This document shows, in pieces, positions 46,901 to 60,600 of a stretch of DNA of 64,000 nt. The translations under genes and the position numbers were made by a program. The notes below the pieces were generated by a model, which saw nothing but the letters and a program-made list of their open reading frames with translations, searched no databases and was not told the origin of the DNA. Origin of the DNA: Azolla caroliniana (lineage: Eukaryota; Plantae; Polypodiophyta); contig JBHGNT010000014.1 of NCBI GenBank assembly GCA_043228905.1, forward strand, positions 14,570,001 through 14,634,000, given 5' to 3'. Numbering within the stretch: position 1 is the first letter of the stretch; each line of letters begins with the position of its first letter.

Positions 46901-48496
46901 TAGAACTCACACTATCATGTTCAGAAATAGCACCCCCTAACACACACCATGATGACACTTTTAGGTTTATTAAATATAATATACATGACTTTACCAACCT
47001 ACTATTTGGACTAGACTACCTTGTGGACATTCGTCACCAATTTCCCCCACAACAATAAAACAACCCTCCACCTCATGCCCACATCCAACACCCACCACTT
47101 CCATCCCAATCCCACTTTTGACCTCACCTTATACATCAATATAACTCACCTATTATACGCATACTGTTTGCATACTTTGTCACACATACTGCAGATCACT
47201 TAAATGGAAAGGCCCATGCCTGATTCACACAATATTCTAAATTTAAAAGATCTCCGGTTTAAACACCCACTCTCCCACCTCATTTTACACCAGGACCCTA
47301 CATTTGCCCAACAACATAGATGATTATGTCGCAAACTTCTAGAATGCTTTCATTGATCACTTCAATCTCCAATACTCTTTTATTGGGGATTTCACATGGA
47401 CAAAACAAAGAGAATGGCATCAATCACCCCATGACATTGATGTTCTATGGTAGCTTGATTTTCATGACATATACTGAACCACGTCCATAGAATGTTGGTA
47501 TTGAGGAGCTGCTTCGAAGCCAAAGTGATGTGAAGAACTAAAATGACCTATATATTAACAAATACCATGTATCGTCAAGAGAATGGTTACTGTAGTAACG
47601 TAGGACCCATACGACCCAATTTGCTAATGTGTTGGGAACTTCCCATCAAAAACATTCAAAACTTCAATGTCAAGTTGTAGAAACCCAACGTGTGGCCAAG
47701 TAAGAAAAAAAGGATTCTCTACCATATCGTACAAATCCTCAAACACAAAGAAGTAGTTAAGGACGCCCAATGGACTACAATAACAAAACAATTACTTAAA
47801 GAACAAAACACATGTGCCAAATTGGTTCTAACGATGAAGAAAAAATAGAGAAATTAAAAAGATAAATAAAAGTGGTTGAAGCACAAGATAGACAACTCAA
47901 TACAAGTTGCACCATCTCATTGATGAGCGTGTCGTTTTAAAAGCTTACAACAACAAACTCTATGAGGAGACAACCAAGTGGCAAAACAAGGGCAATACTC
48001 CACAAAGCAACTTGGAAACCAAAAAACCACCTCCCTCGCTTCAAATCGGAATGTGAAAGTATTTGAGGATACAATTAATAAGATAATTGACTAACAAGAA
48101 ATCACTTAATGGTGATGTATCAATGTTAACTTTGAATGGCAATTTTGTAAAGAACTGTAAAAAAAATTAGGTGCAACGGTTGCATTATTTTCCAACTTTC
48201 TTCTAGAAGGTTGTTGGTTACAAGGGTGGCTAAGCCAATTGGGTACATAAACTCTAAGTGATCAAAATAGTAGAGGAGTGGGAATATAACTCAATGGATT
48301 AGGAATATCACAACCCCCCCTCCCACCCCCCAATAATAAGGGGGAGTAAGCATTGAAACAAGATATCAACCTTGGGTAAGGCTTCCCATGCATAGTTGGG
48401 TTGTAGACCATAAAAAGAACTTGTGAATGGTTCATTTTTAGTGTAGCTGTAAAGAATGTGAAGGTTGGTGTACACAACCAGCTCAACCGAACCGAA

Positions 48497-49694
48497 TGTA
48501 AATAACATAGAGATAGAATCAAAGAACATGAAACAGAGTTGAAGACGGTGATGGATATTATCAAAGATCAATCAATACACAACGTATGCACACAAAGTGA
48601 GTGAGAGGGAGCACTGCACAAAAATAGTCTGTTCTATTACACACACACACACACCAAAAAAAATGTCGACTCTACAATGTGCTCACCTAGACCATCTTTT
48701 CCACACAGCCTTAAAGAGTCGGCAGCCACAAGCACAATAGTCGGCTCATTTATGAGCACTGACTTCTAACCACACTAAATTCTAGTCTAACTAGAATCTA
48801 TTTAATTCAACATTACAAATAGGTTGAGCTTGTTATCTAAATATTCCCCCTCAAGCTCAAATATGGTGTTGACTTTTAGCCTTCTCAACTTACGACCTTT
48901 CAGCCCTTCTCAGCTCTTAGCCATTTCCGTCTTTCGCTATCGGCGTTTCGGCCTTCGGCTCACCTCTCTTCTTCGACCCTTTAGGCCTCTGTCCATTTTG
49001 GCTCCTAGCCAATTCGACCATTCGGCCTTCCAGCTCTAGCTTTTTCAGCCCTCTCATTTGCTTAGGTTCGCCTGCTTCGGCTTTTCACCCTTCCTGTTTC
49101 ACTCTTTAGTTAGCCCATTGGCCCACTCTGACTCATCCGAATCATCTACTCCAGTTGTCCCCTTGATATGTTTAGTTGGCTCCTCCGCTGTTGTCCCCTT
49201 CAAGTAGGCAAATCAATATGTTGCAAGCCAAGCATCTCTGAACACTACCACAACTTGTCCAACCCTTGCGCTTTTGTGAAGATGTCTGCCACTTGCCGAT
49301 CAGTCCGAATGAAGCATAGATTGACTTCACCATTAAGAACGCGTTCACACACGAAATGGTAGTGGACCTCTATGTGCTTTGTCTAAGCATGGAAGTTGAG
49401 GTTCTTTGCAAGTTGCGATGTTGAGATTGATGCAATAGATGGGGATTGGTTTGTCGACCGTCACATTGAGATCCCATAGCAGCATTTTTAGCCAAATTGC
49501 CTCACAAGTTGCAATGGCTATTCCACAATATTCCACGTCAGTGCTTGACAATGCCATTGTCAGTTGCTTCTTGCTATTCAAAGAGATTGCCGCGCTCCCA
49601 AGGGAGAACATAGTGTCTCCAACCCAATCGGCATTTGTATAGCCGACTAGTTCCTCGATAGCATCGTACCTGTACAACAAACTGTGTGGAATAG
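48497..49694 (-). mobile_element. Copia D remnant: 3' LTR (48497-48843), PPT and RNase H
   Basis: PPT complement TTCCCCCTCAAGCTC at 48844; RNase H motifs GYTNADW, SKKQ..ALSST, TKHIEVHYHF, ADIFTK. Confidence 0.8.
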
Positions 49695-52167
49695 TGCTCG
49701 GCCCCAACCGAGTCTCACTCACTCAATGGAAGAAAATAGAAAATAGAAAACAAGACAACACAAAGTATTGTATTAACGTGGAAAACCTCAAGAGGCAAAA
49801 CCACGTAAGTTCTCGGAACTCCGAACAGGATCAGACAACGACCTCGAGCTCTATCTTCGCCATCCGACGGTTACAATAGAAAAGCTTTCTGTATCTCTCT
49901 CTCTCTCTCTCTCTCTCTACACAACGATACAACAGAACAACTATAATAATGATCACTGCTTATAACAGTGTTGCCCTAGTTATATTTATACTTATATAAC
50001 TTTGGGGCTATTTACAAATATGACCTCAACGATCACGTCTAAACATATTTACTAATATGTTCCTATTTGCTGGTTCATATCGGATCCGGCCGGACTCTTT
50101 CCGGATACCTTCTGGATCCATCCGGTCTGGTTCCTTCCTTTGTCCCGTTTAATCCGGCTCGTCCGGTTCTCATCCAGAGGGACATGTTTCCCAACAAACT
50201 CCCTCTTCACTCCGGCATGGGATGTCTCGTCAGTCCGATTAATCTCCGACATACGTCCAGCTTGTTGGCTGACAACACCTTGGTCAGCATGTCCGACCCA
50301 TTCTCCTCCGTATGGATCTTCGTCAGCAAGAACTCTTTATCTTCTATCTTCTCCCGGAACCAATGATATCTCCTCTGGATGTGCTTGGTATGGGAGTGGT
50401 AGGATGCGTTCTTCACGAGGTGGATGACACTTTGACCGTCGCAATGGAGCCGGAATTCCTCATGTCGGATCCCTAGCTCTTCGATGAAGTCCTTCATCTA
50501 GATTACCTCTTTATTGGCTTCTACAGCCGCCATGTACTCCGCTTCTATTGTCGACAATGGAACAGACTTTTGCAGCCTCTACTGCCACGATACAACCCCC
50601 CCTGCGTATGTCATGACATATCCGGATGTAGACCGGCCAGTATCCCCATCAGCTGACATATCCGAATCCGTGAATCCTGCAGGTTGGGGTTTACCTGAGC
50701 TAAATTGGAGACACATACTCGAGGTGCCTTTCAAGTATCGGAGTATCCACTTTACCACGGTCTAGTGTTCTCTTCCCGGATTGCTCATGAACTGGATGAC
50801 CACTCCGACTGCATATTTGATATCTGGTCGGGCACACACCATTGTGTACATCAAGCTTCCAATGACAGAGGCATATGGTACCTTCATCATCTCTGACACT
50901 TTCGTCTTTGTCTTCGAGCTCTGCTTCCTAAATAGCTTGTAGTTTGCCGGAAGTGTTGACCCAACCGGCTTAACATCCGACATGTTGAATCGTTGGAGCA
51001 CCTTCGTCACATACTTCTCCTATGACAGCCACAATAGCTTCTTCGTCCGGTCCCGGACTATGTGCATCCCCAATATCTGTCTTGTCGAACCCAAATCTTT
51101 CATTCAAAAGGTTCGGTTCAAGGCCTTCTTCAGATTTCCTATTTTGATATGGTCTGGTCCGACGATAAGCATGGCATCCACATACAACAGGAGTATCAGG
51201 AAGTTGCCTCCGTCAAATTTCTTCACGAATACGCAGTGGTCAGGCTGCGTCTTGTGGTATCCCTAATATGTCATGAAGGAGTCAAACTTTCGGTACCATT
51301 GTTGGGGAGCTTGCTTTAGTCCGTATAAGCTCTTCTTCACCTGGCATACCATGTGCTCCTTCCCTTTCTTGACAAACCCCTCCGCCTGTTGCATGTAGAT
51401 CTCTTCTTCGAGATCACCATACATAGGAACGTCGTCTTGGCATCTAGTTTGCTCGACCTCGAGGTCCATGCTTGCCGCTATGCTCAACAAAGTTCAGATG
51501 GATGTTATCTTTACTGCTGGGGCAAAGATCTCATCGAAGTCCACTCCTTTCTTCTCGCTGGAAGCCCTTCACCATGATCCGGGTTTTGTATCTTGGTGGA
51601 TTTTCGGCATCTCCCAGTTTCAACTTGTACACCCACTTGTTTCAGAGCGCTCTCTTTTCTTTCGGCAACTCCATCAGTTCATATGTGTGGTTCTCATGCA
51701 GGGAATCCATCTCATCCTGCATGGCCCTCAACCACTTACGGTTGTGGATGTCTTGCTTTGCTTCTTCAAAGCTTTCTGGCTCCCCCTCGTTGATTAGTAA
51801 AACGTGCTCAACATCTGGAAATCTCCAGGGGGCCTTTCTCTCTCTAAGAGGATATCTCCATCCTTGGTTTTCGACCACCAACTCCTCCGTCTGTTCTTGA
51901 TCTGAATCCGATTCGGGGTCTTGAACGGTTCCGTTGTCCAATTCTTCTTCTTTGGTCGGTTCGGTTCCTTGTCTGAACCAACTGGTTCATCATGGTTCTC
52001 GTTTGACATTCGGCTTCCGGTCGGATGTGTCCTAGCATCTTCCAACCGATTTCTGTCGGTCGACCCAGAGTGCACCATCTTCTTCTTCGACTCCCAGTCG
52101 GCAATGGTCTTGCCTTCCATGAAGACTATGTCTTGAGTTCGAAAAACCTTCTTGTCGACCAAGTCCC

Positions 52168-55100
52168 TGTAGAGAAATCGACGCTCCGATTAACCTTCAC
52201 CACTCGGCCACAACCGAGTAAGCACGAATCAATGCAGCAGAAAATAGGAACCACAGAGAAAGAACACGAATACACAGGGATTAACGTGGAAAATCCTAGA
52301 CGGGAAAAACCACGGGAGTACAAGACTCCAACCAAAACTATGCACAGAGAAATATACAATGGCGAGCTGCAAGGCGACGACCTTGAGCTCGCTGTCCTCG
52401 CCGCAGGCGGCGGAAATACACAGAGGCGTCGACCTCTTCCTCTCTCACGCTCTATCTCTCTCACGGCTGCTCTCTCTTCACTCCTCTTGAGTGGAAAAAC
52501 AGAAAAATGAGAAGCAACATAAAACTGTTTGCCCTAAGTCATATTTATACACATATGACTTTGGGGCTATTTACATCTATAGCCTCAAGGGGGCCTTGGC
52601 AAACATATTCACAGATATGTCCCCGCATCCGGATCTCGTTCCGGGTACATTCGTCATCCGGCTCCGAAGCCGGGGTCTTCATCATCCGGTTCCGAAACCG
52701 AAACCGGGCTTGTCGGCATTCATCTCCGATATCCGACCATCCCATCCGAAGGGACCGTAATCCCAACAAACTCCCCCTTCACTTCGGCATGGGATGTCTC
52801 TCCAATCCGATCCTCTTCCGGCATGCTTCCAGCTTGTCGGGCGTGAGCACCTTGGTCAGCATATCCGACCCGTTCTCGTCCGTGTGGACCTTCGTCAGCA
52901 CGAACTCCTTGTCTTCTATCCTTTCCCGGATCCAGTGATATCTTCGCTGGATGTGCTTCGTCCGGGAGTGATAGGCCGCGTTCTTTGCAAGGTGGATTGC
53001 ACTCTGACTGTCGCAGTAGAGTCGGTACTCCTCCTTGTCGGATACCGAGCTCTCTAATGAAGTCCTTCATCCATATTATTTCCTTGCCGGCTTCAACAGC
53101 CGCCATGTACTCCGCCTCCGTGGTTGACAACGCAACCGTCTTCTGCAGCCTCGACTGCCATGAAACAGCTCCCCCTGCATACGTCATCACATACCCTGAT
53201 GTGGACCGGCTGGTATCTGCATCAGCCGACATATCCGAATCGGTGAAGCCGTCGAGTTCGGGCTTACCGGAGCCGAATCGGAGGCACACGTTTGCCGTGC
53301 CCTTCAGGTATCGGAGTATCCACTTGGCCGCGTTCCAATGCTCTTTGCCGGGATTGCTCATGTACCGGCTCACCACTCCGACTGCATATCCTATGTCCGG
53401 TCTCGTACACACCATGGCGTACATCAAGCTCCCGACGGCTGAGGCATACGGCACTTTCATCATATCCTCCTTTTCAGCCTTTGTCTTGGGACTTTGCTTG
53501 TTGGACAGCTTGCAGTTTGCCGGGAGGGTCGATCCGACCGGCCTTGCTTCCGACATGTTGAACCGTTTAAGCACCTTTGTCACGTACTTTTCCTGTGATA
53601 GCCACAACTGCTTCTTGCTCCGGTCCCGGATGATGTGCATCCCTAGTATTTGTCTCGCCGGACCCAGGTCCTTCATTGAGAAGGTTCGGTGAAGAGCCTT
53701 CTTCAGCATCCGTATCTTGACCTGGTCCCGTCCGACGATCAACATGTCGTCCACGTACAGGAGGAGTATTAGAAAGTCTCCTCCTTCGAACTTCTTCACA
53801 AACACGCAGTGGTCGGACTGCGTTTTGAGGTACCCTTCGTCGGTCATGAAGGAGTCGAACTTCCGGTACCATTGCCGGGGAGCCTGCTTCAGTCCGTAGA
53901 GGCTCTTCTTCAACCGGCATACCAGGTGCTCCTTCCCTTTCTTCTCGAATCCTTCCGGTTGCTGCATGTAGATCTCTTCTTCGAGGTCACCGTGAAGGAA
54001 TGCCGTCTTCACGTCCATCTGTTCTACCTCGAGGTCCATGCTTGCCGCTATGCTCAGCACCGTCCGGATGGAGGTCATCTTCACTACCGAGGCAAATATC
54101 TCGTCGAAGTCGACGCCCTTCTTCTGCTGAAACCCCTTCACCACGATCCTGGCTTTGTATCTCGGGGGGTTTCCGGCATCTCCCGGTTTCAGCTTGAACA
54201 CCCACTTGTTTCGAAGTGCCCGCTTTCCTTTCGGCAACTCCACAAGTTCATATGTGTGGTTCTCATGCAGGGAATCCATCTCGTCCTGCATGGCACTCAA
54301 CCACCTGCGGCTCTGGGTGTCATGCTTTGCTTCTTCAAAGCTCTCCGGCTCCCCCTCGTCGGTTAGCAGCACGTGCTCTGGTTCCGGAAATCTCCGGGGG
54401 GCCCTTCTCTCTCTTAGAGGATATCTCCGTTCCGGAGCTTCGGTAACCGGTTCTTCCGATTCTTCTTCATCCGAATCCATTTCGGGATCGGGGCCGGTTC
54501 CGGTATCATTTTCATCTTCTTCGGCCGGTTCTGTTTCTTCACCGTCTTCGGCCGGATCCTCGAGTGCTAACCGGTCCCTTGCCGGTCGGGACTACTCCTC
54601 GTAGAGTTGATCCTCACCGGTCGACTTGGAGCTCTTCATCTTCTTCTCCGACTCCCAGTCGGCGAGTGTCTTGTTCTCCATGAAGATGATATCACGACTC
54701 CGGAATATCTTCTTGTCGACCGGGTCCCATACTCGGTAGCCGAACTCGTCATCGCCGTAACCGAGGAATATGCATGGCCGGGTCTTTGGATCTAGCTTTC
54801 CTCTCCGGTCCTTTGCCACATGCACGTATGCGAGACACCCGAACACCTTCAGATGCCGGTAAGATACTTCCCTACCGGTCCACACTCTCTGCGGCGTGTC
54901 TCCGTCCAAAGGTACTGAGGGTGATCTGTTTATCACGTATGTCGCCGTCGACATCGCGTCAGCCCAAAACCCCTTGGGTAATTCCGCATGCGCCAGCATA
55001 CTCCGGACCCTCTCCATTATGGTCCGGTTCATCCTCTCGGCCAGCCCGTTCAGTTCCGGCGTCTTCGGCACAGTAAACTCGAGCCGGATTCCCTTCGAGC

Positions 55101-57483
55101 GACAGTACTCCTGGAACTGTCCCCGGTATTCCCCTCCGTTATCCGCTCGTATCGCTTTCAGCTTCTTGCCGGATTCTCTTTCCACTCTCGCGTGGAGTTC
55201 TTTGAAGACGGACAACACTTGGTCCTTTGTCTTCATCGGTGCCGTCCACAGTCTTCGGCTATGATCATCTATGAATGTTACGAAGTACTGGGCTCCGCCA
55301 TGTGACTTCGTTTCTACCTGACACACATCGGTGTGCACCAACTCCAATGGTGCGCTACGTCTCGTCGGTGGCCTTGAGTGGAAGGAGGTTCGGTTCTGCT
55401 TACCGGCCAGGCAATCGGTGCACTTCTCCAGGTGCACATGCTTCACTGGAATAAGGTTGTCTTCTGCAAGCCTCTTCATCCCCTTCTCACTCATGTGGCA
55501 CAGTCTTTTGTGCCACAGCTCACCGGCAGTGTCGGCTGCCACATTCAGCTCTTCCGGACATAACCGTGCATTCATCAGGTACAGTGTATTGACTTTTCGG
55601 GCCCGAGCCACTATCAGGCTCCCCTTGTTGAACTTCATTACGCCGTTCCGGATGCTACCTGTGTAGCCTTCATCGTCTAGCCTCCCGGCCGAAATCAGGT
55701 TCAATCGAACCTCCGGAACGTGTCGGACATCCTTCAGCAGCATTTTACATCCGGTCGAGGTTGTCAACCACACGTCTCCTATGCCGGCGATCCGGCACGT
55801 ACCTTCATTTCCCATCCGAACACAGCCATGCTCACCGGCTGTGTAGGATGAGAAGTATCTTCTTTCCGGGGTCAGGTGGAACGACGCTCCGGAATCGACC
55901 ACCCAGGTCGTCTCATCGCCGGCAATGTTTAGCTCACCTTCTTCGGTGATGAGCATGATTTCTTCCTCACTTGCCGCGAGTGCCGTCGTTCCTTTCCTGT
56001 CCTGCCCTCGCCGATCCGAACCATTCCGGTCTGTGGCTCCCCGGTAAGCCCCGTTTCGTTCCGAAGACTTCTTCGAATCGGTGTCGTCGGCTCCGTTGTC
56101 TTTTCGGTAATGCCGACAATTCTTTCGGAAGTACCCCGGCTTCCCACAGTGGAAGCATGTGGGCCTTCCTCTTGACTGCGACCGGGTCCCCGACTTCTCC
56201 CGTCTTTGCGGACTCCGGTTCCGTTGTCTTCCCCGATCCGATTCGGTAAACAACATCTTCGGATCGGAGGCCGGTTCTTTATCTCTCCGACGCGCTTCTT
56301 CGTTCAAAATACTTGTCTTTACCGTTTGTAGGGACAAGTTATCTTCCGTGCAGGAGGTGCTGAGAGTCACCACCAAGTTCTCCCAGCTTTCCAGCAATGT
56401 ACACATCAGAATGATGGCTTGCATTGCATCCTCCAGCGGGAACTTGATCGCCGCAAGCTGGTTCACGAATCCCATGAACGTGCTTACGTGTTCCACCATA
56501 CTCTCGCCGTCCCGGTACTTGAGGTTCACTATCTTCCTCATCAGGGAGGTCCGGTTCAACGCATTCTTCCTCTCGTAGAGACCCGACAGCTTCCGCCACA
56601 TCTCATATGCGTTGATGTCGTTCGCTACATGTTGTAGAACGCTCACGTCTACGTATTGCCGAATGGTTGCAACGGCTTTCCGGTTCAGAAGCCTCCATTC
56701 CGACTCAAGTACCCCCTTCGGTATTTCCGACCTGTCAATCGGTTCGTACAAGTCCCGAACAATCAGAAGATCCTCCATCTTGATCTTCCAGTCGGCGTAA
56801 TTCTGTGCATTCAGCACCATCATCCCCGGCTGCCCGCTGCCGCCGCCTTCCATTTTCTGCAGCAGTCGCTCTGATACCAGTTTGTAGAGAAATCGACGCT
56901 CCGATTAACCTTCACCACTTGGCCACAACCGAGTAAGCACGAATCAATGCAGCAGAAAATAGGAACCACAGAGAAAGAACACGAATACACAGGGATTAAC
57001 GTGGAAAACCCTAGACGGGAAAAACCACGGGAGTACAAGACTCCAACCAAAACTATGCACAGAGAAATATACAATGGCGAGCTGCAAGGCGACGACCTTG
57101 AGCTCGCTGTCCTCGCCACAGGCGGCGGAAATACACAGAGGCGTCGACCTCTTCCTCTCTCACGCTCTATCTCTCTCACGGCTGCTCTCTCTTCACTCCT
57201 CTTGAGTGGAAAAACAGAAAAATGAGAAGCAACATAAAACTGTTTGCCCTAAGTCATATTTATACACATATGACTTTGGGGCTATTTACATCTATAGCCT
57301 CAAGGGGGCCTTGGCAAACATATTCACAGATATGTCCCCGCATCCGGATCTCGTTCCGGGTACATTCGTCATCCGGCTCCGAAGCCGGGGTCTTCATCAT
57401 CCGGTTCCGAAACCGAAACCGAGCTTGTCAGCATTCATCTCCGATATCCGACCATCCCATCCGAAGGGACCGTAATCCCAACA
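52168..57483 (-). mobile_element. Full-length young Copia F (Tork-like), 601-bp LTRs, TSD GTCCC
   Basis: LTRs 52168-52768 and 56883-57483 (five substitutions noticed), TSD 52163-52167 and 57484-57488, tRNA-iMet PBS 56868-56879, PPT at 52769-52781. Confidence 0.97.
52779..56853 (-). pseudogene. Copia F gag-pol, nearly intact: one in-frame TAG (54592-54594) and a 1-bp insertion near 53035
   Basis: 753-aa and 586-aa ORFs share a frame with 37 open codons between them; RNase H changes frame after GIRQ. Confidence 0.92.
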
Positions 57484-57652
57484 GTCCCACACTCGGTAGC
57501 CGAACTCATCATCGCCAAATCCAAGGAATATGCATGGCCAGGACTTCGGATCCAATTTCTCTATCTTGTCCTTTGCTACATGCATGGAGGAGAGACAACC
57601 AAACACCTTTAGATGTCGGTAAGACGCGTCTTTACCGGTCCACACTCTCTAT

Positions 57653-60600
57653 TGTTACCTGACCGACAAAAGAGTTAAAGACCAGAATGTGAAAGGGAAT
57701 GCTTATTCGGAATAGATTATAATTAAGTAGTTTATAAGACGTGAACGGACGGACCGGAATCGGTATGCCGATCCGGATCTGGACCGGTTCCGAACAGGTG
57801 CCGGTTGGCACCGTTTTGTACTCAGCACCGATGACCTATATAAAGGCCCGGTTACAATGTAAAACCTTGATGGATAATTAATAGAGTTGTTCGTTTTATC
57901 TTTAAGTGTTGATTACCGTTTTGTGCTAATTGTTCTATCATACGCGTGTATCAATCTAATGCCATATTGCTAAGTAACTAATTAAAGTCTGATTAATCAT
58001 TGTGTCTTAAGTTATCTCGCCGTAACACCCCTTTGGTGAAGTGTCTTCTGCAGACACCCTGTGTTAGGCCATTGTCCGGCCCTAAGGAATAACACAGTTT
58101 TTGGCGACCACGATTCTTGCACAATCGCAATGAACAACGGCGGGAATGGATGATGCGACCAACGAACGACCTGGTTACCGAGCGAGCAAGGAGACTTGGT
58201 GAACGGCTGAGGAAGCGAGAGGCTTTCCAGTAAGCAGAAGAAGAAATCAAAGCGGATCGCTCATTTTCCAAAGTGATCCGGAGAGTGGCCAAGGAGTCAC
58301 TTCGTTTACAACAAAACGACTACTCGGACGAAGGAAGCAGCCTAAGCAGCCTCCGGGAAGCAGAATCCCTTCTCTAGACATTGGCAGTGGGCGAAGGCGA
58401 ATCCGAAGCATTTTCGGCTTTTGAATCGGGTTCGGACGGGGAATACAACGTGCAGATGAACTACCGCAGCAGTAACGACACCTCAGATGGACCGGAGGAC
58501 GAGGAGTCAGATACCTTGCTGACACTAGAACCAGAATTGACAACGTTGGAACCTCCGGCACCAGAAGTCGAGGACGAGAGACCTCCGACACCGGAAGTCG
58601 AGGAGGAGAGGCCTCCAACACCAACAGAGGAGCGGGAAAGACCTCTGACGCCAACATAGGAGGAGGAAAGACCACTGACACCACCAGCCCGTGTACCGAC
58701 ACCAGACGACGATATGTTGTTCCAATATCCCAGATACCAGGATGATCCGGACGCGGAAGCCCATGTCCATGCCCATGTCCATGTGTTTCAGCAGACCTGG
58801 GAGGCAAACCATGTGTCCCAACGCTTAAATGCAGCCAAAGAGGAATGCTAAAAAAGGGTAGAGTTCGGCATGACCCTGGAGGGACCGGCCGCTAGATGGC
58901 ACCGAACACAAGATCCCAACACCATCCCCACGTTTGAAACATTAAAGACAAAATTCTTGCATTTCTTTCACAAGGAGATGGACCAACGGGAAATGGTAGG
59001 CCTATTTTACATGATCCGATAGGAACCAGCGGAGAACATTCAACAGTTTGTCATTCGGTTCCATCGGATCCATAGTCAGCTCAGTCGGACACCACCGAAG
59101 GAAGAAACAAAGGCCATATTCTTAACAGCACTCCGGGAGCCCTTACGAACAGTGTGCACCGTCATTAATTTCCGCACCAACAACATAGATCAAGTAATTG
59201 ACCGAGTTCGGGAAATGGAAAAATCAAGTTCATGGCTAACCATGGGCGTACTTCAGCGTGCACTACCGATAGATGAAGACCTCCGCTTCCGGCAAGCGAT
59301 TCAATGTACGACATGCCTGAATGCCAGGCATTCGGCACTGGAATGCACCATGCGTTCCCAATGCTTGCTCTGCCACTCCAGAAGCCACACAATGGAACGG
59401 TGTGATTATAACTTGTTAAATCGGCAAGCACCACCGGTCTGGCAAATTGACCCACGAAGCAACTGGGAGGAAGAAGAAGAACACTAGCGGCGAGAGGAGC
59501 GCTACCGGCCGGCACAAGATGTCCGATACAGTGATCGAAGGGACACACATGACCGGTATGACAGACAGGAAAGATACCGGGACTATAATGGACGGTACGA
59601 GAGAAACAACCGGGATCACTCCCTTGGTTACAACCAACGACGAGACGACTACGACAAGTATGACGACCAGCCCCATCACGGTTACCGACACAAAAAGAAT
59701 TTCAACAAGAAACGACATTTCAACAAAAAGGGGGGTCATCCACGGGAACCGGAAAAGGGCGCTCCAAGCAGCCAACGGGATCAAAACCAAGCACTTACCA
59801 CAGGACCTCAACCGGGTGCAAGCACAAACACCGAATCTAGCAACACCCAGAAGGCGTACTGCTATTATTGTCGGCAGGAAGGCCACTATAGTAACCAATG
59901 TCTAGCGAAGAGGTACAACAAGCGACCAACGGTGAACATGGTAGACGCGGAAGTCGCGGACTTACAACAAGTCACTACAAGATCAAAAGGCAAAGCCACG
60001 GAGTGGGAAACTCAAGAAGCCATCCGGAAGCAGGCAACCGAATGGGTGAAGAAGGCAAATGAGCGAAATATGGCAGAGCTTGAACAAAAGGAGAAATTAT
60101 GCCGAAAAGCTCACCGGCATAAGGCAGCCCGAAAACCCAACATGGCAGGCGTTACAAGAATGCCAAATAACGCTGCCGTTAGGCCGGCTATTGCAACTAG
60201 TACCACACTTCACGGAAGAACTGAAGACAGGAAGGACGGAAGCCGACACACCACCGGCTCCAACATTCTTTTCAAATCCGGAGGAAGGACCGACGGTGGT
60301 AGACACCAACAGTTCGGCAATCACAGCCATAGTGAAAGGGAAAGAGCTACCCGACACGATTATCGATGGAGGATCCGGCGTGAACGGGATCGGCCTCCGA
60401 ATGTGTAACACTCTAGGAATCCATGACTGGGAACCTTGCCCGTTTTGGCTTCGAATGGTGGACACAAGCTCAGTACGGCCGACCGGATTAATACGCGATC
60501 TAGAAGTAACCATCGGGGGTCACACATTTCGCATTTCGGCAGTAGTCCTCCAGCTACAGGCTCAAGGAGCTTACCCACTATTGTTGGGATGCCCTTGGTT

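Larger units (their letters stand above)
49695..57652 (-). mobile_element. Copia E (Tork-like), degenerate; 3' LTR 49695-50196; interrupted by Copia F and Gypsy G
   Basis: LTR TG..CCCAACA, PPT complement at 50197-50210, RH/RT fragments 50207-52162, integrase tail resumes 57484-57652. Confidence 0.88.

Noticed and set aside
46500-48100. Possible decayed coding sequence
   Set aside because: Short ORFs and purine skew but no recognisable motif.
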